A DNA stretch of 33,933 nucleotides, the filler included, from an uncultured virus (IMG/VR IMGVR_UViG_3300010964_000005) (lineage: Duplodnaviria; Heunggongvirae; Uroviricota; Caudoviricetes). It is 2 parts of one record of this genome, joined end to end, with 100 filler letters (N's around TTAATTAATTAA, not from the genome) between each part and the next. Parts side by side here need not be neighbours in the genome. Positions count along the whole stretch, not along the records: positions 1 to 11,724 come from IMGVR_UViG_3300010964_000005; positions 11,825 to 33,933 come from IMGVR_UViG_3300010964_000005. One strand, 5' to 3'. Shown one piece after another: positions 9,228 to 15,820 of the stretch. Within the stretch, counting starts at the first letter, position 1; every line of letters begins with the position of its first letter. The position numbers were made by a program, and so were the translations under genes. Under the pieces are notes generated by a model, which saw nothing but the letters and a program-made list of their open reading frames with translations, was not told the DNA's origin and ran no database searches.

Positions 9228-10433
9228 ATGACCAGTTCCGACGATCGCCACGGCCCGCGGCCGGAGCACGGGCCGCGCACCCGCCTGGTGCTCGGCGGCC
9301 GCCGTCCGGACGAGCATTACGGCTTCGTCAACACCCCGGTGTTCCACGGCTCCACCGTGCTGTATCCGACCGCGGGCGACTATCTCGGCCGCCGCTCGCG
9401 CTACAAGTATGCGCGCCGCGGCACGCCGACCTCGGAGGCGCTGGAGAGCGCGCTCGCGGCGATCGAGGGCGATGCCTGCGCCGGCGTGGCGCTGCTGCCG
9501 TCCGGCCTCGCCGCGATCTCGGCCGCGCTGCTCGCCGTGCTGAAGGCGGGCGACCACCTGCTGGTGAGCGACTCGGCCTACGATCCGACCCGCACGGTGT
9601 GCGACACCATCCTGACCCGCTGGGGCATCGAGACCACCTATTACGATCCCGCGATCGGGGCCGGCATCGCCGACCTGATGCGGCCCGACACGCGCGCCGT
9701 GTTCGTCGAGAGTCCGGGCTCGCTGTCGTTCGAGATCCAGGACATCCCGGCGATCGCCGCCGCGGCGCATGCCCGCGACGCCGTCGTGCTGATGGACAAC
9801 ACCTGGGCGACGCCGCTGTTCTTCCGCGCCCTCGATCACGGCGTCGACCTGTCGATCCAGTCGGGCACCAAATATATCGGCGGCCATTCCGACATCATGT
9901 TCGGCTGCGTCGCCGCCAATGCCCGCACCAACAAGGCGCTGCGCGACACGGTATTCAACATGGGCCTGTGCGTCGGCCCCGACGACATGAACCTCGCCCA
10001 GCGCGGCCTGCGCACGCTGGCGGTGCGGCTCGCCGCCCACCAGGAGGCGGCGCTCACGGTGGCGCGCTGGCTGGAGGGCCGCCCCGAGGTGCTGCGGGTA
10101 CTGCACCCGGCCCTGCCCTCGCATCCCGGCCACGCCCTGTGGCGGCGCGACTTCACGGGATCGAGCGGGCTGTTCTCGGTGGTATTCCGGCCGGTGCCGC
10201 CGGCCGCCGTCGAAGCGTTCCTGGATGCGCTGACGCTGTTCGGCATCGGCGCCTCGTGGGGCGGCTACGAGAGCCTGGCGATTCCGTTCGACTGCACGCC
10301 GATCCGCACCGCCACCGCCTGGGCGCCGGGCGGCCCCACGGTGCGCTTCCACATCGGTCTGGAGGACCCCGCCGATCTGATCGCCGACCTCGACCGCGGC
10401 TTCGCCGCGATGAAGATAGCCGCCGGCGCGTGA
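9228..10433 (+). CDS. metC: Cystathionine beta-lyase
   Basis: VNTPVFHGSTVLY, RRGTPT, ESPGS, DNTWATP, SGTKYIGGHSD (PLP lysine), SWGGYESL; GAGGA RBS before ATG at 9228. Confidence 0.92.
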   Translation: MTSSDDRHGPRPEHGPRTRLVLGGRRPDEHYGFVNTPVFHGSTVLYPTAGDYLGRRSRYKYARRGTPTSEALESALAAIEGDACAGVALLPSGLAAISAALLAVLKAGDHLLVSDSAYDPTRTVCDTILTRWGIETTYYDPAIGAGIADLMRPDTRAVFVESPGSLSFEIQDIPAIAAAAHARDAVVLMDNTWATPLFFRALDHGVDLSIQSGTKYIGGHSDIMFGCVAANARTNKALRDTVFNMGLCVGPDDMNLAQRGLRTLAVRLAAHQEAALTVARWLEGRPEVLRVLHPALPSHPGHALWRRDFTGSSGLFSVVFRPVPPAAVEAFLDALTLFGIGASWGGYESLAIPFDCTPIRTATAWAPGGPTVRFHIGLEDPADLIADLDRGFAAMKIAAGA

Positions 10434-10436
10434 GCC

Positions 10437-10784
10437 TCACCCCGCCGGCTTGCCGGTCACCTCGCGGCCGGCGCGGCGCTCGCGCAGCACGAACTGGAGA
10501 TTGCGCAGGTACACGAAGACGCCGAAGCCCTGGCCGGCGATGAACACCGGGTCGCGGCGGTAGAGCGCGTAGGCGAGCAGCAGCGTGCCGCCCGAGATCG
10601 ACAGCCACCAGAACGCCATCGGCACCACGCTCTTGCCGGCCTTCTCGGAGGCGAGCCACTGCACCACGAACCGCATGGTGAAGAGGCCCTGCGCCACGAT
10701 GCCGAGGAACACCCACCAGTCCAGCCGGGTGACGAAGACATCGTAGAGATAGCCGCCGACGGCGTGCGACAGATCGATCAGCAT
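10437..10784 (-). CDS. Lipid A biosynthesis N-terminal domain (LAB_N) small membrane protein
   Basis: GIVAQGLFTMRFVVQWLASEKAGKSVVPMAFWWLSISGGTLLLAYA...DPVFIAGQ; start overlaps the upstream GT2 stop. Confidence 0.85.
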   Translation of the reverse strand: MLIDLSHAVGGYLYDVFVTRLDWWVFLGIVAQGLFTMRFVVQWLASEKAGKSVVPMAFWWLSISGGTLLLAYALYRRDPVFIAGQGFGVFVYLRNLQFVLRERRAGREVTGKPAG

Positions 10785-11527
10785 GGGCGGTCTCCCTCGG
10801 TGACCTGCGGCACCCGGACCCGGCGGCGGATCAGCCACCACACGCCGGCGAGATCCAAGATCCCGATCCACAGCCGGTCCCAGAAGCCGTACTTGGAGAC
10901 ACCGTGGCGGCGCGGCCGGTCGACCACGTCGACATACGCGATGGTGAAGCCGTCGCGGCGCACCAGCGCCGGCAGGAAGCGGTGCAGCCCGTCGAAATAC
11001 GGCAGCGCCAGGAACACGTCGCGGCGGAACGCCTTGAGGCCGCAGCCGGTGTCGCGGGTGCCGTCCTTGAGGACGCGGCTGCGCACCCCGTTGGCGATCC
11101 GCGACTGGAGGCGCTTGAAGCCGGTGTCCTTGCGGCCGACCCGCTGGCCGGCGACGAGGCCGATCTGCGGGTCCTTGCGCAGCCGGTCGAGCATCGCCGG
11201 GATGAAGGACGGGTCGTTCTGCCCGTCGCCGTCCAGGGTGGCGACGAGCGGCGCCCGCGCGGCCGCGACGCCGGTGCGCACCGCCGCCGACTGCCCGCAC
11301 GAGACCGCGTGGCGGACATGGCGCAGCCACGGCCGGTCCTGCCGCAGTCGATCGAGCTCGGCCGCCGTCTCGTCGGTCGAGCCGTCGTTCACATAGACCA
11401 CCTCGAACGGCCCCTCGTGGGCGAGGCTCACGGCGATCTCCGATACCAGCGGCTCGACATTGGCGGCCTCGTTGCGCACGGGCACCACCACGGCCACCGC
11501 CGGTCCCGGTCCAGTTTGCAGGGTCAT
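10778..11527 (-). CDS. Family 2 glycosyltransferase (polyprenyl-phosphate glycosyltransferase-like)
   Basis: VVVPVRNE, VNDGSTD, GQSAA, LDGDGQNDP (DxD), DTGCGLKAFRR, HRFLPAL, SKYG. Confidence 0.88.
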   Translation of the reverse strand: MTLQTGPGPAVAVVVPVRNEAANVEPLVSEIAVSLAHEGPFEVVYVNDGSTDETAAELDRLRQDRPWLRHVRHAVSCGQSAAVRTGVAAARAPLVATLDGDGQNDPSFIPAMLDRLRKDPQIGLVAGQRVGRKDTGFKRLQSRIANGVRSRVLKDGTRDTGCGLKAFRRDVFLALPYFDGLHRFLPALVRRDGFTIAYVDVVDRPRRHGVSKYGFWDRLWIGILDLAGVWWLIRRRVRVPQVTEGDRPC

Positions 11528-11617
11528 CGAAGGACAGGCTCCCAGAATTGTCGGCGGCCGCGCCGCGGCGCCCTCACCGCTCGACCGCCGTCGCCAGCGC
11601 CCGCAGCACCCGCGGGG

Positions 11618-11724
11618 CTGTCTCTTATATTCATCTCCCCGCCCACCAGCCCTCTCTACAACTCTCATCCTGCCTTTCGCCTCCTACAACAGACATACTT
11701 TATTTGTGTTCTACCTCTTGTTTG
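11618..11724 (+). other. Degraded Illumina Nextera adapter read-through (sequencing artefact)
   Basis: CTGTCTCTTATAttCATCT matches the Tn5 mosaic end at 17/19. It is followed by an s7-like CCCCGCCCACCAGCC, the 8-mer CTCTCTAC and a degenerate P7-like tail. Confidence 0.85.
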
Positions 11725-11824
11725 NNNNNNNNNNNNNNNNNNNNNNNNNNNNNNNNNNNNNNNNNNNNTTAATTAATTAANNNNNNNNNNNNNNNNNNNN
11801 NNNNNNNNNNNNNNNNNNNNNNNN
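11725..11824. other. Artificial contig-joining spacer (44 N + TTAATTAATTAA + 44 N)
   Basis: Exactly 100 nt and symmetric; the 12-mer places stop codons in all six frames. Confidence 0.95.
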
Positions 11825-11862
11825 CAGGGTGGGGCGGTCAGGCCGCCCGGATCAGGGCGGCG

Positions 11863-12171
11863 TCATCCGGGTGGCGCGCTTTCGGCGGCCGCAGGCCGGT
11901 TGTCGTTGACCGGCTCCTTCTCGTCATCATTGGCGGGCTTGGCGCGCCACTGACCAAAGGGGAGGCGGACGGCGGGATTCGGCACGTCGCTGGGGCGGAT
12001 CGAGCGGATCACCGCGAGCTGCACGACCATCGTGTGGCCGCACAGGTCATTGTCGCAGACGCACCGCAATTCGCGCGTCAGCAGGTCGATATGGACGCTG
12101 TCGCGCGTGATCGCCCGCGATCCGCAATGCGGGCAGGCGATGCCGGGAATTCGGACAAGCTTCTTCTTCAC
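11863..12171 (-). CDS. ogr: Ogr/Delta-family zinc-finger late transcription activator
   Basis: CPHCGSRA...CVCDNDLCGHT (CxxC-x22-C-x4-C) followed by IRSIRPS. Confidence 0.88.
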   Translation of the reverse strand: MKKKLVRIPGIACPHCGSRAITRDSVHIDLLTRELRCVCDNDLCGHTMVVQLAVIRSIRPSDVPNPAVRLPFGQWRAKPANDDEKEPVNDNRPAAAESAPPG

Positions 12172-12662
12172 TGGTGGTTACCCCCGTCTTTCCCCGCGTC
12201 GGTTGCCATGGACGGGAGGAAACTGGTCAGGCGGCGCATCAGCGCGTCGATCGCGCCGGCCGACTGTTCCACCTCTGCGAGCGCGCGATGCACATCCAGC
12301 GGAGAGGCGTTGGACTGGGTGATACGGATGGCGGCGGCCATGGCCTCGCCAAATTCCTTGCTGGCGACGGCGATTTCGCCAAGCAGTTCGCGCGTGCAGG
12401 CTTCCTGCCGCTCGATCTGAATGCCGAGCTGGAACTCGAAGGCGTCGAAGAAGGGTGATCCCTGCCCGCCGGCCGCGATATAGGCGGCGTCGAGCGCCTG
12501 CGCCTGCGCGATCGAGGGGACGGTCTTGCAATTCGTCTGCGACCAGTAGCGCGCGGAGCGCAGCGCCCGGCCGGTGATGCGGCACACCTCTTCCCACCCG
12601 ATCGCACCGGCGATACGGGTGATTGCGTCTGGATAGGTACGGGGCGCGCGGAGCTGGGTCAC
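12168..12662 (-). CDS. Phage regulatory protein, CII-like (HTH N-terminus, helical C-terminus)
   Basis: Position in the early operon after cro; GWEEVCRITGRALRSARYWS HTH-like segment; SKEFGEAMAA helical C-terminus; 4-nt overlaps with both neighbours. Confidence 0.55.
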   Translation of the reverse strand: MTQLRAPRTYPDAITRIAGAIGWEEVCRITGRALRSARYWSQTNCKTVPSIAQAQALDAAYIAAGGQGSPFFDAFEFQLGIQIERQEACTRELLGEIAVASKEFGEAMAAAIRITQSNASPLDVHRALAEVEQSAGAIDALMRRLTSFLPSMATDAGKDGGNHQ

Positions 12663-12862
12663 GCCACGCCCTGAGACGTCGTGCTATCGGAAGGGCATTC
12701 GTCCATTAGCGCAAAGCCGCCCTCACCGCGGAGAGCAGCGGTGATACGATGCCAGTTCTCGTCCAATTCCGAGAAAATGGTCGCGATGGCGATTGCCCCC
12801 GCCCCGCCCATTACAGTCAGGCTGGCGAGCCCCAGGCAGTGCATGAACAATGCCGTATTCAT
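12659..12862 (-). CDS. Small hypothetical phage protein with N-terminal hydrophobic helix
   Basis: 67 aa, with ATGA/GTGA overlaps at both ends within the early operon. Confidence 0.55.
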   Translation of the reverse strand: MNTALFMHCLGLASLTVMGGAGAIAIATIFSELDENWHRITAALRGEGGFALMDECPSDSTTSQGVA

Positions 12863-13173
12863 GACTTAACACACTGCATAATGGCGCGCCGATTGCCGGG
12901 GACAGTCGGCGCGCCGCCCTCTACCACCTCGTTGCCTGGGAGTACGGAGGAGATGGGTTCGGGATCGAAAATGTCAGGACACAGCAGGTGACGGGGTACA
13001 CCGGTGCTATGCTCGATGGCTATCGCCTCCGAAGGTTCAGCACGACAGTTTCCCCGGAGTCGCTTGGATATGGCAGGCTGCCGTTTTCCGACGATCTCCG
13101 CCAAGGCCGCCTGCGATCCAGCGATCCGCAGCGCTTCCTTGAACGCATTTTCCGGGGTCATGGGCTGTTCCAT
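12859..13173 (-). CDS. Cro/YdaS-like HTH transcriptional regulator
   Basis: AFKEALRIAGSQAALAEIVGKRQPAISKRL...AIAIEHSTGVPRHLLCPDIF; divergent from the cI-like gene; start set at ATG 13173. Confidence 0.85.
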   Translation of the reverse strand: MEQPMTPENAFKEALRIAGSQAALAEIVGKRQPAISKRLRGNCRAEPSEAIAIEHSTGVPRHLLCPDIFDPEPISSVLPGNEVVEGGAPTVPGNRRAIMQCVKS

Positions 13174-13256
13174 GACCCCGATGTATTCCGCGCGGAATAG
13201 GTGAGTCAATACCAAAGTGCGATGGTTTTATATTCCTGCGGTTATATTTTCCGGCC
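13174..13256. promoter_or_regulatory. Lysis-lysogeny switch region: divergent promoters and operator palindrome
   Basis: Perfect 16-bp palindrome TATTCCGCGCGGAATA (13184-13199) lies between a minus-strand TTGACT (-35) and TACATC (-10). A related site TATTCCTGCGGTTATA is at 13231-13246. Confidence 0.7.
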
Positions 13257-13733
13257 GTGATTAGAAGCGATCGAGTGAGGTCCCGCATGGACGCCGTTGG
13301 GCTGACCCAGTCCGGGTTGGCTCGGCGCGTTGGCGTGACCCAGGGTGCCATAGCTAAAATCGCCAAGAACAATCCGAACGGTTCTTCTTATCTGCATAAG
13401 ATTGCACAGGTGTTGGAGACGACGCCGGCGTATCTGACCGGGGAGACAGACGATCCGAGTGAGGGCGCGCCGCCCCCACCACCTCCTTCTCCGATGACGG
13501 TCCGTTTGGAGGTCACACTTGGATCGGAGGAGGCTCTAGCCCTGATGTTCGAGGGGCTGTTGGCGGGGCTGGATCCGAACGCGTCGCGGGCATCGCACGC
13601 TCGGCTGCTTGCACGTAAGCTTCCCATTGCGCTGTCATCTCTGCGATCTTTGCGGACCGTGCCGGATCATGATCCGGCGTCATCAGAAGCCGACGCAGAT
13701 CTCGCCACAGCGAATTCCGAACCTCGACCGTGA
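13257..13733 (+). CDS. CI-like immunity repressor (XRE HTH; no S24 peptidase domain)
   Basis: RVRSRMDAVGLTQSGLARRVGVTQGAIAKI...LHKIAQVLETTPAYLTG (434-repressor-like HTH), Pro-rich linker, short helical C-terminus; GTG start. Confidence 0.85.
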   Translation: MIRSDRVRSRMDAVGLTQSGLARRVGVTQGAIAKIAKNNPNGSSYLHKIAQVLETTPAYLTGETDDPSEGAPPPPPPSPMTVRLEVTLGSEEALALMFEGLLAGLDPNASRASHARLLARKLPIALSSLRSLRTVPDHDPASSEADADLATANSEPRP

Positions 13734-13806
13734 CCGAACAGGCGATCTCGCATGGCGAGCAGCGCTGCTCGCACGCCGGGGTCGCGCGGACCAGCCGCCC
13801 GCCCAT
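13513..13806 (-). CDS. Putative Cys4 protein encoded antisense to the cI 3' half (97 aa)
   Basis: MGGRLVRATPACEQRCSPCEIACSVTVEVRNSLWRDLRRLLM...IAEMTAQWEAYVQAAERAM; CxxxCxxCxxxC motif and amphipathic helices; GGGGTG upstream of the ATG. Confidence 0.35.
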   Translation of the reverse strand: MGGRLVRATPACEQRCSPCEIACSVTVEVRNSLWRDLRRLLMTPDHDPARSAKIAEMTAQWEAYVQAAERAMPATRSDPAPPTAPRTSGLEPPPIQV

Positions 13807-13821
13807 CACCGGGCACCCCGC

Positions 13822-14337
13822 ATGAGCGAGCCGGTCACGCTGTCGCCGCGCCAGCGCGAATGCCTGCGACTGATCTGGTCGCGGCGCGCCACGTCGAAGG
13901 AGATCGCGGCGGAGCTGGGGATCAGCAAGTCGACGGTGGACAAGTATATCGCCGAGGCGATCGAGCTGACCGGCGCGCGCGATCGGCGCCAGGCGGCCGC
14001 GATGGTCTTTGGCGAAACCCCGATTTTGCAGGGGGAAGGGCGGGAGATCGCCCCCGTCGAAACACCCCCTGCAGAATCGCACTCCCATTCTGCATGGGTA
14101 TCGGCGCCGGCCGCCGCCACCCTAACCCATGACCGGTCGATCGAAGGGGTCCCGTTCTGGCCATCTTCGGGAGAAAGGCGGCGCCTCAACACGCTTTCGC
14201 TGTTGCAGACGCTGGGTCGGATCGGACTGATCGCGGTGGCATCGCTCGCTGCCCTGGCGCTGGCTATGGCGCTGGGTAGCGGACTTCCCTCCGTCGCAAA
14301 GCCGGTGCTTCGCGCCTTCGATCGACTCACGGGATAA
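13822..14337 (+). CDS. LuxR/sigma70-region-4-type HTH protein with C-terminal transmembrane helix
   Basis: LSPRQRECLRLI...TSKEIAAELGISKSTVDKYIAEAIELTGARDRRQAA; C-terminal IGLIAVASLAALALAMALG. Confidence 0.85.
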   Translation: MSEPVTLSPRQRECLRLIWSRRATSKEIAAELGISKSTVDKYIAEAIELTGARDRRQAAAMVFGETPILQGEGREIAPVETPPAESHSHSAWVSAPAAATLTHDRSIEGVPFWPSSGERRRLNTLSLLQTLGRIGLIAVASLAALALAMALGSGLPSVAKPVLRAFDRLTG

Positions 14338-14369
14338 TCGCGGGGGCCTCCCCCGCACGGGAGGTCGAT

Positions 14370-14747
14370 ATGGCGAGCATGGAAACGAGGATCGGCGTGG
14401 CGCAGGCCGTGGGCCTGCCGCTGATGCGGGCGGAAAAGCTGCTGGACGAGGCGTTCGTCCTGCTGGCGCAGGCATCGGCCGCCGCGGTTGAGGGTCGCCG
14501 CTCGGCGCGCCTGCCGTTGCACGCCGGGCATGATGCCATCGACCAGGTAGTTGCGGCGCAACAGACGCTGATGGTGGCGCGCAAGGCTGTCCACACGGCG
14601 CATTATGGCTTCCGCGACATCGCCGATGGCATGGCGGTGCCGGCGCGCGCGTATGGCGACCATGGCGACACGCCGCGCGAGAACGTCATTCCGGTGGTGC
14701 CGGGCAATGCCGGCGCGCATCTGGCGATCGTTCAGGATGTGGCCTGA
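14370..14747 (+). CDS. Hypothetical alpha-helical protein (125 aa)
   Basis: GGGAGG RBS; GC-rich codon usage; helical AEKLLDEAFVLLAQA...AQQTLMVARKAVHTAH; C-terminal AYGDHGDTP. Confidence 0.8.
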   Translation: MASMETRIGVAQAVGLPLMRAEKLLDEAFVLLAQASAAAVEGRRSARLPLHAGHDAIDQVVAAQQTLMVARKAVHTAHYGFRDIADGMAVPARAYGDHGDTPRENVIPVVPGNAGAHLAIVQDVA

Positions 14748-14794
14748 CCCGGCCGGGTTGACGCGGTGCCGTCCGGAGCCCGATGGGGTGGCGT

Positions 14795-15259
14795 ATGAGC
14801 CTCTTCCTCTTTCTCGGGGTGATGACCCTGTGCTGCGCCTATGCGCTGGCACGGGGCGGACCGCCCGAGCGGGCCTCGGCGCTGTTGCAGCTCGGCGCCT
14901 TCGCGTCGGACGAAGCGGTGCATCGGCTGGTCGACGGGCGCGCGTACACGGCGCTGGCGGCGGGATCGGCGCTGGTCGACCTGTCGTTGCTGGTGGCGCT
15001 GACCGTGCTGGCGTCGCGGTCGACGCGGCATTGGCCTTTGTGGGTCGCGGGTTGGCAGTTGGCGGCGATCGTCGCGCACCTGGCCAAGCTGCTGGATCCA
15101 GCGATGCAGGCGACGGGGTACGCGATCCAGTTGCAGATCTGGGCCTATCCCATGCTGCTGGCGACGGCGGCCGGTGCCTGGCGGTATCAGACGCGGCGAT
15201 CGGCCGGGCTGATCGAGCCGGACTGGAAGACGCTGGACGGGCGGCCGATCGTCGCCTGA
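14795..15259 (+). CDS. Hypothetical multi-pass (about 5 TM) membrane protein
   Basis: Hydrophobic segments with RGGPPER, VDLSLL and SRSTRHWPLWVAGWQLAAIVAH; alternative start at 14783. Confidence 0.8.
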   Translation: MSLFLFLGVMTLCCAYALARGGPPERASALLQLGAFASDEAVHRLVDGRAYTALAAGSALVDLSLLVALTVLASRSTRHWPLWVAGWQLAAIVAHLAKLLDPAMQATGYAIQLQIWAYPMLLATAAGAWRYQTRRSAGLIEPDWKTLDGRPIVA

Positions 15260-15263
15260 CCGG

Positions 15264-15629
15264 GTGCCGCCCGTGATCCGGGCGGAGCGCAAGCGGATGG
15301 CGGCGGAGATCTTCATCGAGCGGCGCGACCGGGACGCGGTGTTCGTCGAGGTCGAGGGCGGCTTTGGCGAACCGGCCTGGGACATGCTGCTGATCCTCTA
15401 CATCGTCGATGCGGAGGGCAAGGTGGCGACGCGCCAGGAGTTGCTGGTCGCGGCCCATGTCGAGCGCGAGATCGCCGAGCCCTATATCGGCTGGCTGATT
15501 TCCAAGGGGCTGGCGGGGTTCGGTGACGAGGAGGGGACCGTCCGTTTGCTCGATGCCGGTCGGACGATGATGGACGCCTATCTCGATCGGCGCGGTATGC
15601 GCGGCCATGACAAGAAATTCATGCATTAA
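15264..15629 (+). CDS. Winged-helix (MarR-like) DNA-binding protein
   Basis: RRDRDAVF...FGEPAWDMLLILY, YIGWLISKGLA, VRLLDAGRTMMDAYL. Start position is uncertain. Confidence 0.7.
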   Translation: MPPVIRAERKRMAAEIFIERRDRDAVFVEVEGGFGEPAWDMLLILYIVDAEGKVATRQELLVAAHVEREIAEPYIGWLISKGLAGFGDEEGTVRLLDAGRTMMDAYLDRRGMRGHDKKFMH

Positions 15630-15820
15630 CCGGCACTTGTCGGGGCAGGGCGGCGGCCGCCATCCCAATTAAGTACTGTATGATTTTGCAGGGGTGACGG
15701 TTTTCCGCCGTTTTTGCGCGTCGTCGCGGCGATGCACCCATAATGGTGATAGTTGTCTTTGATCTGAATGGGATCGGCCGGAAATCGTATGTCGATCGGC
15801 AACAATTCTTGGGGGTGGGG

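Noticed and set aside
11574..11617. Probable 3' end of an upstream minus-strand gene (...PRVLRALATAVER*)
   Set aside because: Too short to identify; cut off by adapter sequence.
11625..11724. Pyrimidine-rich tract as a promoter, terminator or att site
   Set aside because: Explained by low-quality adapter read-through.
11769..11780. TTAATTAATTAA as a biological palindrome or prophage boundary
   Set aside because: Synthetic six-frame-stop linker embedded in Ns.
15676..15691. CTGTATGATTTTGCAG resembling an E. coli LexA box (CTG-N10-CAG)
   Set aside because: Alphaproteobacterial LexA recognises GTTC-N7-GTTC direct repeats, so this is more likely part of an AT-rich promoter or chance.
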